In this document: piece by piece, positions 13,410-25,869 of the stretch | Layout of the letters: every line of letters begins with the position of its first letter | Position numbering within the stretch: the stretch's first letter is position 1 | From: Octopus vulgaris | Lineage: Eukaryota | Reading direction: 5' to 3' | DNA: 64,000 nucleotides | NCBI GenBank assembly: GCA_951406725.2 | Contig: OX597835.1 | Span: forward strand, 33,232,001 to 33,296,000 | The notes under the pieces: generated by a model | Databases searched by the model: none | Told to the model about the DNA's origin: nothing | The model's input: only the letters and a program-made list of their open reading frames with translations | Made by a program: the position numbers and the translations under genes

Positions 13410-14368
13410 CTATATATATATATATATATAAACGGCAGTTTGTCTGTCTGTGTGTCTGTCAGGTTGTACCCTCACCCTGACCACGACTTTCAACCGACTC
13501 TGATGAAACTTGACACACACATAGCCCAATGTCATAATTCAAAACTAACGCAGCGGAAATTTTGAAATATTCCCCCAGTTCTGAAAAAATTTGATAAATT
13601 CGACATGGGGTCGAGAATCAGAAACACAAACCACAGACTGTCTAGGGGACGCAACTCGACCTTTTTAACTCTCAACTCCATCAATATCCTGCTACTTGAA
13701 GCTATTCCTGGTGATGTCCACGTCTACAAATCTATTGATAGGACAGCAGACCCCTCCGAGCTTGCCGATTATCCTGTTGAATTCCTGAATTCACTTGAAC
13801 CGCCAGGCCTGCCGCCACACATCCTGAAGTTAAAAGTCGGTGCGCCCATTATGCTCATCAGGAATTTGGTTTCACCTAAACAATACAACGGCACACGTCT
13901 GGTTGTGAAACATTTGCCACCAGATTTAATAACGGCCACAATACTTACCAGTTGTGGGAAGGGAGAGGACGTCTTCATTCCACGCATGCACCTTCAACCG
14001 TCGGACGCTGACCTACCAATCCACTTCAGGCGTTCTCAGTTTCATATTAATCTCTGCTTCGCAATGGCCATCAATAAATCCCAAGGCCAAACGTTACAAG
14101 TCGCTGAGTTACAGTTGGGCGAACAGTGCTTCGCCCACGGTCAACTCTACGTGGGCTGTTCACGCGTTGGGAGGCGCAATGATGTTTTCATGTTTTCCCC
14201 CAAAGGGACAGCTAGGAACATCGTATACACAGAAGTATTCGAGTGAAGAGAAGACATTGCAACCTACACATGCGCCTTCCTTCTCTAGAGGAAAAGGACT
14301 GGATTGGGATTAATCGTTGCCTACTAGGGGCTCTTACATACCCGGGCAACGCCGAGCTATGCTGCTAG
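13410..14368 (+). mobile_element. Internally deleted Helitron
   Basis: 5' (ta)n-aacggcagtttgtctgtctgt; PIF1 helicase fragment inside; 3' GC-rich hairpin-like cccgggcaacgccgag followed by CTAG|T at 14365-14369. Confidence 0.85.
13605..14246 (+). CDS. Helitron Rep-Hel C-terminal PIF1-family helicase fragment (213 aa, N-terminally truncated)
   Basis: Motifs [74 protein letters not shown]. Confidence 0.9.
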   Translation: [213 protein letters not shown]

Positions 14369-14383
14369 TATATATATATATAA

Positions 14384-14534
14384 AGTTAATCGAAACATGA
14401 AAACACAAAGGGAAAACATAGCAATGCGAGGTCGTGGAACAAGTATAGTATTACTGGACGTTCAGGAAAGAAGAAGAGGAGTGCTTAACTTTTCGAGCGG
14501 AGCTCTTTGTCAGAAACATAGGAAAAGGAAAGAT

Positions 14535-14537
<3 letters not shown>
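14384..14537 (-). mobile_element. Second copy of the 10425-10620 hammerhead-bearing element
   Basis: gttaatcgaaacatgaaaacacaaa... aligns with 10425; minus-strand core CTGACAA agagctccgctc GAAA. Confidence 0.6.
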
Positions 14538-14572
<35 letters not shown>

Positions 14573-14939
14573 GGGTGGGGTCGAGAGGTTAGGGATTGCG
14601 TTCACGATTGAGTGGTTGCAATTTATCTTCCCATTCTGGACGGAGCGTTGTGTTCTTCAGAAAAAGCACTTCATCTCATGTTGCCCAGTGACCAATTCGA
14701 CACGTCGACTGCTGACGCGTAGTACACCGTGCACATTTTCGGTCAACGTTGATTTGAAGGAGCGAGTGCGATTACATATGTGGTGCGAACATTTTATCAC
14801 TATAAACAAATCATTTGTGCAAGTCGTTCGGCAACAACAGAATACGGATTCGCTGTTTTAGACGGAACTGTCCATCGTATATACATATATATGTGTGTGT
14901 GTGTATGTGTGTGTGCGCGTGCGCGTGTGTTTGTGTGTA

Positions 14940-15154
14940 TTCTTTAATTCTTTTACTTGTTTCAGTCATTTGACTGCGGCCATGCTGGAGCACCGCCTTA
15001 AGTTGAACAAATCGACCCCAGAATTTATTCTTTTTAAGCCTAGTACATAATCTGTCCGTCCATTTTGCCGAACCGCTAAGTGACGCGGACGGAAGCACTC
15101 CAGCATCAGTTTTCAAGCGATGTTGGGGGGACAAACATATACACACATGCATGC

Positions 15155-15189
<35 letters not shown>

Positions 15190-15340
15190 TCACGACGGGC
15201 TTGTTTCCGTTTCCGTCTACCAAATCCACTCACAAGCTTTGGTCGGTTCGAGGCCAGAGTAGAAGAAACATGCCCAAGTTGCCACGCAGTGATACTGAAC
15301 CCGGAACCATTTGGTTGGTTAGCAAGCTACTCCTGCCCCT
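14940..15340 (-). mobile_element. SINE family A
   Basis: Reverse complement of the family A consensus. Confidence 0.85.
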
Positions 15341-15580
<240 letters not shown>

Positions 15581-15974
15581 AGGAAGATAGGTGGATGTCT
15601 GTGTGTATATGTGTGTGTGTTCATGTGTCTGTGTTTGTCCCGAATGCACCGCTTGAAAACCGATGTTTTCTGTTTTACCTCGCTGTAACCTAGCAGTTCG
15701 GTAAAGAGCACCAATAAATTAAGTGCCAGACTGTTTCAAAAATATAATGCAAAATATAAAAAAAATAATTCTAGCATTGATATGTTTGACTAAAATACGG
15801 CGTGTGGTGCCCCAGCATGACCACAGTTCAATATTTAGAACATGTAAAAGATAAGAAAAAAGCGAAAACATTTTAAAACACGAAGAAAAATGATAACTGC
15901 AAACGGATATAGCTCAAACCTTTTGAAAATGCGATAGCTTAATGTACATTTGATACACATAAATAACGGTTTCA

Positions 15975-16180
15975 GACTTTGGCACAACGCCAGCAATTTT
16001 GGGGGAGGAGTAATTCGATTGCATCGACGCCATTGCTCAACTGGTACATATTTTAGTGATCCTGAAAGTATGAAAGTGAAGTCGACCTCCGCCGAATTTG
16101 AACTCAGAAGGTAAAGACGGACGAAATGCCGCTAAGCATTTCGCTCGGCGTAGTAACGTTTCTCTATACTCGCCGCCCTA
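15975..16180 (-). mobile_element. SINE family B
   Basis: Reverse complement of the family B consensus. Confidence 0.75.
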
Positions 16181-16256
16181 AATTCACAGATATTAATGCC
16201 TGTGTATATATTTATTTACACACATCCTCAGACACACACATATTAATGCAGGTGTG

Positions 16257-16293
<37 letters not shown>

Positions 16294-16557
16294 CAATTAA
16301 GGACAACTACTTAATAAGGAAAACTTAACAAGAAATTGTCAGGTAGATAGCGTAAGAACCTCATAAGAGAAAAAATTTCGAAAATAATTATTTCTTATTG
16401 AACATATTAATTTATATATAGAGGGCATTATATACATGCCAGAAGGCATTATACATACATGCCAAACGCTAAGAGGGACAATTAGTCATTTCTACCAAAA
16501 ATATTACTAATCCCACCGAATGCAATTTTTCAAAGTAAGACATTTAAAAAATATATA

Positions 16558-16603
16558 GACCTGTATCACAGTGATTTCATACTTACGTACTCATCAGCAG
16601 GCC
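16558..16603 (-). ncRNA. Type I hammerhead ribozyme motif
   Basis: Minus strand: ggcctg CTGATGA gtac-gtaa-gtat GAA atcac-t-gtgat A caggtc; stems I, II (GNRA loop) and III all pair; triplet AUA. Confidence 0.75.
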
Positions 16604-17812
16604 TGAATGCATTATAAATAAACAACGACCCTGCCCCGCTTAAGTCGATCAGCTAACTGTTCAACATTCAACGAAGCACATGGGTGAGTTTACATATATT
16701 ACATCCTGTCAAATGGCAAACTTTTACGAAATGCATTTCGGGAGAGGAAAAGTTATATATATATATATAAATATAGCAGGCTTCCCCACATTTTCTGTCA
16801 ATGAGATTCAGTATATCAAGGCAATGGTCGTATCGGACCTATTCTAAAAAGACACTTGCTCAAGGTGCCGCGTGTTTGGACCGTATCCGAAACCACTTAG
16901 TCGTAAACAGATCTTCATTACCACACGTCTATACTTCTTTTTGTTTCTTTTTTGTTTTTCCTTTTTCTACTCATGATCAAAGAACAGAATTATCTGAAGT
17001 GATTCATCATTTGCTTATGTATTTTTTTTCCTTTTTTCTTTTCACCTGTTTCGGGTAACGTATGTTAGTCACGAACACACAACACTGTTGGTCAGAGGAT
17101 ATCAATCATCCATACATTAGCCTTGTTATCCGATATCCATCAGTAGCTGCCATCACCTTAGCTTAATAAACATAAATATAGAATTAGGAATTCTCTCCAC
17201 AGACGATCGCAGCTAACGGAGACGTTAGAATATTGGTATTTTGCGTTTGTCTCCCGGCAAATTACGTGCGAAAGGAAAATGCTTTGTTTACTTATTACCT
17301 CATGGGTATTGCATTGTGGGAAATTCCACAAACTGCAGTGCTGCCCTCAACTCAACATCCTATTGTGGACATAATAGTCCAGGCTGGTATTTAAATGACC
17401 TTAGTACATGTTTTTAAGTCTGGTTCTTTCTATCTCGGTCGATTTTGCCGAAATCTAGTTACGGGAATGCAAACAAACCAACACTAATTTCGAAGTTGTG
17501 CTGAGGAGAAACACAAGCATGACGACACACAATAACATATATATCACATACGCACACACACTTACACACACACACACACACACACACACGTAAGAATGTA
17601 AGCACACACACACGCACAACTGAACATTTAAGACGGGCTTCCGCACCGTTTCCGTTTACCACATTCACTCAGTTGCCATTGCTCGCCTGGGACTGTAGCA
17701 AAACATGCTTTACTCAAGGTGATGTACAGCGGGATTGAACCCAAAACCACGTTGTGCTAAGATCCAGATCAGATTCTAGCTGTAGCCATCACTTTTGTTC
17801 CCCGTCATGTTT

Positions 17813-18360
17813 TCTGTGTGTGTGTGTGTGTATGTGTGTGTGCGTGCATGTGTGTATGTGCATGTGCGTGTATGTGTGTATGTGTGTGCGCGTGCATGTG
17901 TGTATGTGAGTGCACATGTGTGTATGTGTGTGTGCGTGCATGTGTATATGTGTGTGCGTGCATGTGTGTATGTGTGTGTGCGTGCATGTGTATGTGTGTG
18001 TTCATGCATGTGTGTATGTGTGTGTGTGCGTGCATGTGTACATGTGTGTGCGTGCGTGTATGTGTGTATGCGTGCATGTGTGTATGTGCGTGCATATGTG
18101 TGTACGTACATGTGTGTATGTGTGTGTGCGTGCATGTGTATGTGTGTGTGTGCATGTGTGTGTGTGTGTTCATGCATGTGTGTATGTGTGTATGTGTGTG
18201 CGTGCGTGTATGTGTATATGTGTGTGTGTAAGTGCATATGTGTATATGCGTGCATATGTGTGTACGTACATGTGTATATGTGTGTGCCTGCATGTGTGCA
18301 TGTGTGCGTGCGTGCATGTGTGCATGTGTGTGTGCATGCATGTGTGTACGCGTGTGTACA
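17813..18360. repeat. Compound (TG)n/CATG/CGTG microsatellite-minisatellite
   Basis: Directly visible. Confidence 0.9.
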
Positions 18361-19262
18361 GAGCGAGACAGCCAGAGAGACAGTCAATAATTGAGTGTTT
18401 CATGTATATATACATATAGAAAGTGAGAGGGGTAGAGGAATGAGTGTTTAAATTTCGATAATGTAATACAGCTTTTATTTTTATCAATTTCGCTATTCTT
18501 ATTGAAACCGCCGCCTGGCTCCGCAGGCTAATTGTCCAATGCCGCCCAACTGGACATAATAAATAATAAAATGATGCCTCCTATATATATTTTGAACTTT
18601 AGGATCTATTAATTTTCGTTTTATATTTTGATAAATCGACTTTTATCTTAACAGAATTTATGGGTGAATTCATGAAGACAAAGAGGTCAAAATAATGCCA
18701 AGAAATTTTGTACTACAACAATACTTATCTTTAGTGAAGTCACTAAAACATTACAGAGAGCATTTGAACTTTTAAAGATTTTCTTCACACAAATCAAATT
18801 AATATAAAGAAAACGAAATTTAATCCCATTATGTGTGTATCACAATGTTACAGGGATTGGATAATTTTATTGTTCGTACAGTAAGCTACAAAATTCTTAC
18901 ATTGTCTCGATTTCTTGTGATTCTCACCGCCTCATTGTCCTAGCAGACAAAATGGAAAAAGCGTTGCCCTCGATGAAGTGCTGAATCAGCCACTTTGACC
19001 CACGACAGACTCATTGCATGATCATGATTATATACATTTGGTCTATATGCATGCTCTCGACACACACATGAGGTGATAAGAATTAATCTGGAATCACAAA
19101 TTCATTACATAAGTTGATTGCTTTTCAAATGAGGATATCTGAGGAAGTAAATGTTCAATAATGCTATTACACACGTCGCATATATTGTATAACTTTATAA
19201 TGTGGGATGGAATAAACAACGTTCGTTTCTGGAAACATTCTGTTCAACTCAATTTTCCCTCA

Positions 19263-19295
<33 letters not shown>

Positions 19296-19454
19296 TTCTG
19301 TCTGTCTGTTTTCAGATTATTGTTGCAGTGGCGGGAAAAAGGATCTTTCCACATTTAAGTTCCAGATAGCTACCATGTGTAAAAGCGCTTCACGTTACAA
19401 AATGCCCGCACAATTTTATATCACTATTCGGCGAAGATTATATATATATTTATA

Positions 19455-19875
19455 GGTGCAGGAGTGGCTGTGTGGTAAGTAGCTTGCTTACCAACCACAT
19501 GGTTCCGGGTTCAGTACCATTGCGTGGCACCTTGGGCAACTGTCTTCCACTATAGCCTCGGGCCGACGAAAGCCTTGTGAGTGGATTTGTTAGACGGAAA
19601 CTGAAAGAAGCCCGTCGTATATATGTTTACATATATATATATATATATGTGTGTGCGTGTATGTTTGTGTGTCTGTGTTTGTCCCCCTAGCATTGCTTGA
19701 CAACCGATGCTGGTGTGTTTATGTCCCCGTCACTTAGCGGTTCGGCAAAATATACCGATAGAATAAGTACTGGGCTTACAAAGAATAAGTTCCGGGGTCG
19801 AGTTGCTCGACTAAAGGCGGTGCTCCAGCATGGCCGCAGTCAAATGACTGAAACAAGTAAAAGAGTAAAAGAGTA
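19455..19875 (+). mobile_element. SINE family A, full length (tRNA-like head, internal TA/TG microsatellite, (GTAAAAGA)n tail)
   Basis: A-box-like tggctgtgtggt, B-box-like gggttcagtacc; many copies in the window. Confidence 0.9.
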
Positions 19876-19909
19876 TATATATGTATATATATATATATAT
19901 AGAAGCGTT

Positions 19910-20110
19910 TCTCTTACATGTTTCAGTCATTTGATTGCGGCCATGCTGGAGCACCGCCTTTACTCGAACAAATCAATCCCAGGACCTATTCTTTGAAAGA
20001 CTGGTACTTATATTGGTCTCTTTTGTCTAAACTTCGAAATTACAGACATGTAAACACGCCAACATCGGATGTCAAGCAATGCTAGGGGGACAAACACAGA
20101 CCCACAAATA
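19910..20110 (-). mobile_element. SINE family A 3' half, tail-to-tail with the preceding copy
   Basis: Reverse complement of 19670-19860. Confidence 0.8.
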
Positions 20111-20115
20111 CCATA

Positions 20116-20206
<91 letters not shown>

Positions 20207-20379
20207 GTAATACATGTCCTTGGAGTAGTAATTGTACGCGGTTGAAGAAGGCTATTGACATACAAATTACATCAATTATGCATTGATATAAACCGTCTAA
20301 TAAAAGCCAGAAACATATGTACCGCTAAATCCTTTGCATCATGTTTTTATTTTGATAAATATATATATATATATGCATA

Positions 20380-21020
20380 CTAGCTGAAGAGCGCGTCGTT
20401 GCTAGACACTTTTTACAATAGAATGTCTTATATAAATCTTTATTTATTCCATATCAGAGTAAGCCTTCCCCAAGGACATCTTAAACAGGACAGATTTGTG
20501 CAATTTCCTGCCAAAATTCTTCGTTGTGGTATTTTTTTCATTTTAGATTACTTACATGTCTGTTAGACCCTTTCACATAACTTTATTCATTAAAACTTCA
20601 GAAGTTCTTACAAATTCAGTCACATCGTAATGCTTTGCTTTCGTTTGTTTTATAAAAATTCCTTCCGCTAACGATTTTACTTTCATTTCGTGATAGACAG
20701 CTACCATGCAGAAAATGCCAGTTTCCAAATCCTGTTTTCTGATTATATAAAATTGATTAAACTTTAAACCACAGTAACATTTTTTTTCTGCAAATTTTCA
20801 GGAACAAATAAATAAGAAAATCGGATTTAAGGTGGAAACTTATTTGAGTAAACCAAATTTGTAAATTTTGTCGTAATTTGAGAATCTCACAATATGTGAC
20901 AGCAAAAGGGAAGCCCTACAAAAGTAGAGAGATAGGCAGTTATTGGACGTAACACACACAAATGAAAACGTACACACAAATAAAATGCTGTATAGTACAT
21001 ATATGTATTATTTGCGCATG

Positions 21021-21089
<69 letters not shown>

Positions 21090-21542
21090 ATGTATGCATG
21101 TGGGGGTTTTCATTGCGATTGACAGCCGAAAAGCCATCTAATCCCTCTCTTCTTCAAGCTACGTATTCCTCACACCCCACTTTCTGGGTGTGTGCGTGTG
21201 TGAAAGTACGTAGGCAACGTCGCATGTATATGACATCTGTAATAACGTTACTATCCCATTGCCACCGCTGTTCTTGCTTTGACTGATATAAGTCACCTTC
21301 TCTCAGTTACTACCTTACCCTGAGACTAATACTATATGCAACCTTCGCATTTCATCATATAATTCGCCCAACGCCCCTGGGGGACACATCATACACTTTT
21401 ATTGAAATCTAATTTGTCTATTATTGAACTGGATGTTAGTGCAACATGCATGGAACGTTTCGTGAATATTGCTTCACTGGTTTAGGCACTAAGGTGGTAA
21501 CACACAGACAGACAGATCAAAATTGCTATTTACACATATAGG
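20380..21542 (-). mobile_element. Non-autonomous Helitron-like element
   Basis: Minus strand begins ctatatgtgtaaatagcaattttgatctgtctgtctgt and ends gcaacgacgcgctcttcagCTAG|T, the same terminal pattern as 13410-14368; no ORF. Confidence 0.55.
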
Positions 21543-21547
21543 TATAC

Positions 21548-21700
21548 CACGGGCTTCTTTCAGTTTCCCTCTACTAAATCCATTCAGTAGGCTTTGGTCG
21601 GCCCCAGTTTATAGCAGAAGACACTTGTCCCAGGTGCCACGCAGTGGGACTGAACCCGGAATCATGTGGTTGGAAAGGAAGCGTCTTACCACACAGTAAC
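21548..21700 (-). mobile_element. SINE family A 5' half
   Basis: Matches family A. Confidence 0.75.
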
Positions 21701-22035
21701 TCATTAAGGAAGTCTACAATGAAGAGGATAACTGAAAATACCAATAAAAAATCGAGTACTCCTATAGACAGAAACGTGCCCTGCAACTCCTGGAGAGAAT
21801 CCACGACTGTGTTTCTGATTTTCTAAAGCTGTTTTCACAAGTATTCTGCTGGTTTTGTCTTGTTCTTAATAATATATTACTTCTATTTACCCAGGAATAT
21901 ACCCGGTGTTTCTACACCAATGCCAGTTTAGTTTCCCACAGTGTTCCAGTTAGAGAGTGCAGATAACCAGGATTTCGGGTTGAAAGCAGGTTTTGAAATG
22001 CATCGATTTGCCTACCCAACCAGGACTTAGATTAC

Positions 22036-22622
22036 ATGTGTGTGTATTAGCGTACACATGTGTGTATATGAGCGTACGCATGTGTATGTGCATGAGCATA
22101 CGCGCGTGTGTGTACTAGCGCACGCGTGTGTGTGTGTGTATGTACGTACGCGTGTGTGTTGCGTGAGTGTATGAGCGCACGCGTGTGTGTGTATGGGTGC
22201 AGGCATGTGTGTGTGTGACCGCAAGCATGTGTGCATATCAGCGCAAGCGTGTGTGTGTATGAGCGCACGCATGTGTGTGTATGAGTGCACGCATGTGTGT
22301 GTATGAGCGCACGCATGTGTGTGTATATGAGCGCACGCATGTGTGTGTATGAGCGCAAGCATGTGTGTGTATGAGCGCAAGCATGTGTGCGTATGAGCGC
22401 AAACATGTGTATGAGCGCACACATGTGTGTGTGTATTACCGTGTGTATAGGTTCATGCGTGTGTGTATTAGCGCACACATGTGTGTGTATAAGTTCATGC
22501 GTGTGTAAGTATAAGCACATGCGTGTGTAAGTATAAGCGCAAGCATGTGTGTGTATGAGCGCAAGCATGTGTGCATGTATTAGCCCTCGCTTGTGTATGT
22601 AGTATGTGTGTGCATGAGTGTG
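22036..22622. repeat. ~20-22-bp minisatellite (gagcgcacgcatgtgtgtgtat)n
   Basis: Directly visible. Confidence 0.9.
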
Positions 22623-23221
22623 TAAGGAGTACATTCTCTAAAATGTCTTTGAAATTTTAATAATGTAGGATACGAAAGCAAATAGGATTTGAGATTTTTG
22701 GAGCTTTGTTTCCTTTATCTACCAGTACGAAACATCTCTTAACGTCTACCAGTTTCGCTCTAGGGGGACATGGCTTTACGTGGGAAGTTTACCATATTTC
22801 GAGGCAATATTAACCACAATGATTTCGAAATGCACTGAAGGAGAAAATTTCATTAATCGGGAAATGAAAGGAAACTATCAGAGAAGGCCAACAAGAGACA
22901 AAACAGGCAATTTCGTCAAGTGAGTGAAATTGTCCTATGGCTTTATGGTATCAACGTGATCTTCTTATGAATCAAATTTGATCTTATCAGATTTAGAATT
23001 ACGTAAATTGAATCAAGTGCTGTGAAGTGATTCGCCGCAGGCTACAAAAGAACGTATGACAAGCATTAGGAATCTGGGATGTGTAGGCTGTAAGATCGAA
23101 CTATGAACAGTCTAGCTAGCAAACGTATCTTGTAAAATGCGCCGCTTTTATTATGTAAGTATATATATATATAGATACACACGCACACATTATCTTGTAA
23201 AATCAAATCCACCGCTTTTAT

Positions 23222-23300
<79 letters not shown>

Positions 23301-23351
23301 ATACACACGCACACACATTCACGCGCACACACATACATACACGCACTTATA

Positions 23352-24220
23352 TACAGGTTGCGGTGAATAAAATGTCGTCTAAATTACGCAAAAATGAAAA
23401 TAATACTGACATCTCATTTTAACAGATATATTTACCAAAATTACATAAAAATATCTTGAAATACTAAAGAGTAAATTTATTCAATAAAATCCCCATTGGC
23501 TTCAACCACGGCCTCTAGGGAACTTCGGAATCTCCTCCAACTCTTCTGGATGGTCTCCTTGTTTAAGTTGGTAAATGCTGCCATAATCCTTGCCTTAGGT
23601 TTATCTTTGGTGTTACAAGGGGTTTTATTGGTCTCTCGCTCAACTGCGTTGGTGGTTCCTTGTTTAAGTTGGTAAATGCTGCCATAATCCTTGCCTTAGG
23701 TTTATCTTTGGTGTTACAAGGGGTTTTATTGGTCTCTCGCTCAACTGCGCCCCACACAATAAGCAAGGGTGTTGAAGTCTGGGGAGTTAGGTGGCCAGAT
23801 TTTAGGGATGATGTGGTCGCAGAAATTGTCTGACAACCATGATTGGGTTCTCCTGCTTGTGAGGCATGGTGAAGAGTTCTATTGCCAGACATAGGGTCTT
23901 CCTGCAGCCACCCTCTTCACCCAGCGCAGCATTACCTCATCTGGACACTTGATGTAGGCCTCCGTGTTGAGTCTAAAGCCACATAAAGAGATGAACGGAG
24001 GCATAATGTAACAATCTTTAGTGATCTCTCCAAACACCATGATGTTGAATGGATGTTTGATTTTTATCACTCTCGGTACATATCCTCAGATTGACACCCA
24101 AACACTCTGGCAGGGTGAATTGCGTCACGGTGGTGCTTTTATCACACATGGTTTCCAATTGACCCTACTATACTGTGTAGTCGTCAAAATCAGAAGCAAT
24201 GTGCAGGCGCGAAATTAAAA
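23352..24220 (-). mobile_element. Tc1/mariner (maT/DD37D-like) transposase pseudogene with one terminal repeat
   Basis: Fragments IMVFGEITKD, IKCPDEVMLRWVKRVAAGRPYVWQ, WPPNSPDFNP, VWGAVERETNK, EAVVEANGDFIE; TA|CAGG terminus at 23352. Confidence 0.85.
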
Positions 24221-24444
24221 ATACAAATGTATCTATCCATAAATTATTTACCTACCTAAAAATGTATTTCTATATATCTACCTATCCGAACCTGTAGATG
24301 CATCGAAAACTATGTGAATGTGTCTTTTATGAGCTTCATTGGTGACAATATGCACACGCACATACGCACGCACATACATACGCACATGCATACATTCGCA
24401 CATACATACACGCGCACAAACACGCAGACTCATACATTACATGT

Positions 24445-24641
24445 ATTACATACATACATACATTACATATATACATATATTACATACATATACATACATA
24501 CATACATACATACATACATACATACATACATACAAACATACATACATACACATACATACATACATACATACAAACATACATAAATACATACATACATACA
24601 TACATACATACATACATACATACATACATACATACATACAT
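24445..24641. repeat. (CATA)n microsatellite
   Basis: Directly visible. Confidence 0.95.
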
Positions 24642-25119
24642 TTCAGGCCACATGATTTACAATATCATACCTTTTTCCCCCTGGCTGAAAAGTTGAAACT
24701 TGCGTAATTAAAAAAAAATGTTTATTGCATTCTGGGAATGGCGTTGAGATAGAGCAACTCTGATATCCATCAGGGAAACATTATATCACTCTGTTTAGTA
24801 TATTTGTTTGACAATAATAATTGAGTCATAAAAGAAACCAAGAAAGGAAGAAAACGACTATTAGCTAGACATAAGTGTGTAAACAGATAACAATAATAGC
24901 TCTGTTCAATGCTAATAAATTCTTGCAGTTTCGCACGTGAATATCTGATCGCCGCTGTTTCCGCCATCGGAGGATACCTCCTCTGCGTAAGTGATTCAAC
25001 GGTTTACCGATGGATGAGGACTTTGAGTTACTGCAATGTTTCAACCGTGTTATCTAATCAGATGGGGGACAGGAATACATAGAGATACATGGATGTATAA
25101 CGTTGGTATACAAAGAATA

Positions 25120-25355
25120 AGGCGACGAGCTGGTAGAACCGTTAGCACGCCGAGCGAAATGCTTAGCGGTATTTCGTCTGCCGTTACGTTCTGAGTTCAA
25201 ATTCCGCCGAGGTTGACTTTGCCTTTCATCCTTTTGGGGTCGATAAATTAAGTACCAGTTACGCACTGGGGTCGATGTAATCGACTTAATACCTATGTCT
25301 GTCTTTGTTTGCCCCCTCTGTGTTTAGCCCCTTGTGGGTAATAAAGAAATAGGTA
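25120..25355 (+). mobile_element. SINE family B, full length, with tail ...gccccttgtgggtaataaagaaatagg
   Basis: A/B-box-like head; many copies in the window. Confidence 0.9.
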
Positions 25356-25402
25356 TACAAAGAATCTGCTTCGTTCGAAGCATCACCAGATAGGGTCACT
25401 GT

Positions 25403-25819
25403 TTACTCTTTTACTTGTTTCAGTCATTTGATTATGGCTATGCTAGAGCATTGCCTTTAGTCGAACAAATTGACCCCAGTATTTATTCTTTATAAGCGTA
25501 GTACTTATTTTATCAGTCTCTTTTGCCGAACCGCTAAGTTACGGGGACGTAAACACACCAGCATCTGTTGTCAGGCGATGTTGGGGGGACAAACACAGAC
25601 ACACAAACAAATACACACACATACATATTCATACATACATACATATATAAATATATATATACGACGGGCTTCTTTCAGTTTCCGTCTACCAAATCCACTC
25701 ACAAAGCTTTGGTCAGCCCGAGGCTATAGTAGAAGACACTTACCTAAGGTGCCACGCAGTGGGACTGAACTCGGAACCATGTGGTTGTTAAGCAATGTAC
25801 TTACCACACAGACACTCCT
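25403..25819 (-). mobile_element. SINE family A, full length
   Basis: Reverse complement of 19455-19875. Confidence 0.9.
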
Positions 25820-25869
25820 TTGGAAAAGCCGGATACCAAATTGTACACCATTATAGGGTAAGTGAAATG

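Noticed and set aside
13500-13515. CTGATGAAAC inside the Helitron 5' region (similar strings near 30155 and 49621)
   Set aside because: No stem II, downstream GAAA/NUH or closing stem I, so not a hammerhead.
13605-14246. Host PIF1 helicase gene
   Set aside because: Intronless C-terminal fragment bounded by Helitron termini, with Helitron-type motifs.
19455-19530. tRNA gene calls for the SINE heads
   Set aside because: A/B-box-like motifs continue into SINE bodies; no clean cloverleaf or terminator seen.
22036-22622. Regular short repeats that superficially resemble a CRISPR array
   Set aside because: No unique spacers, eukaryotic context, no cas genes; a plain minisatellite.
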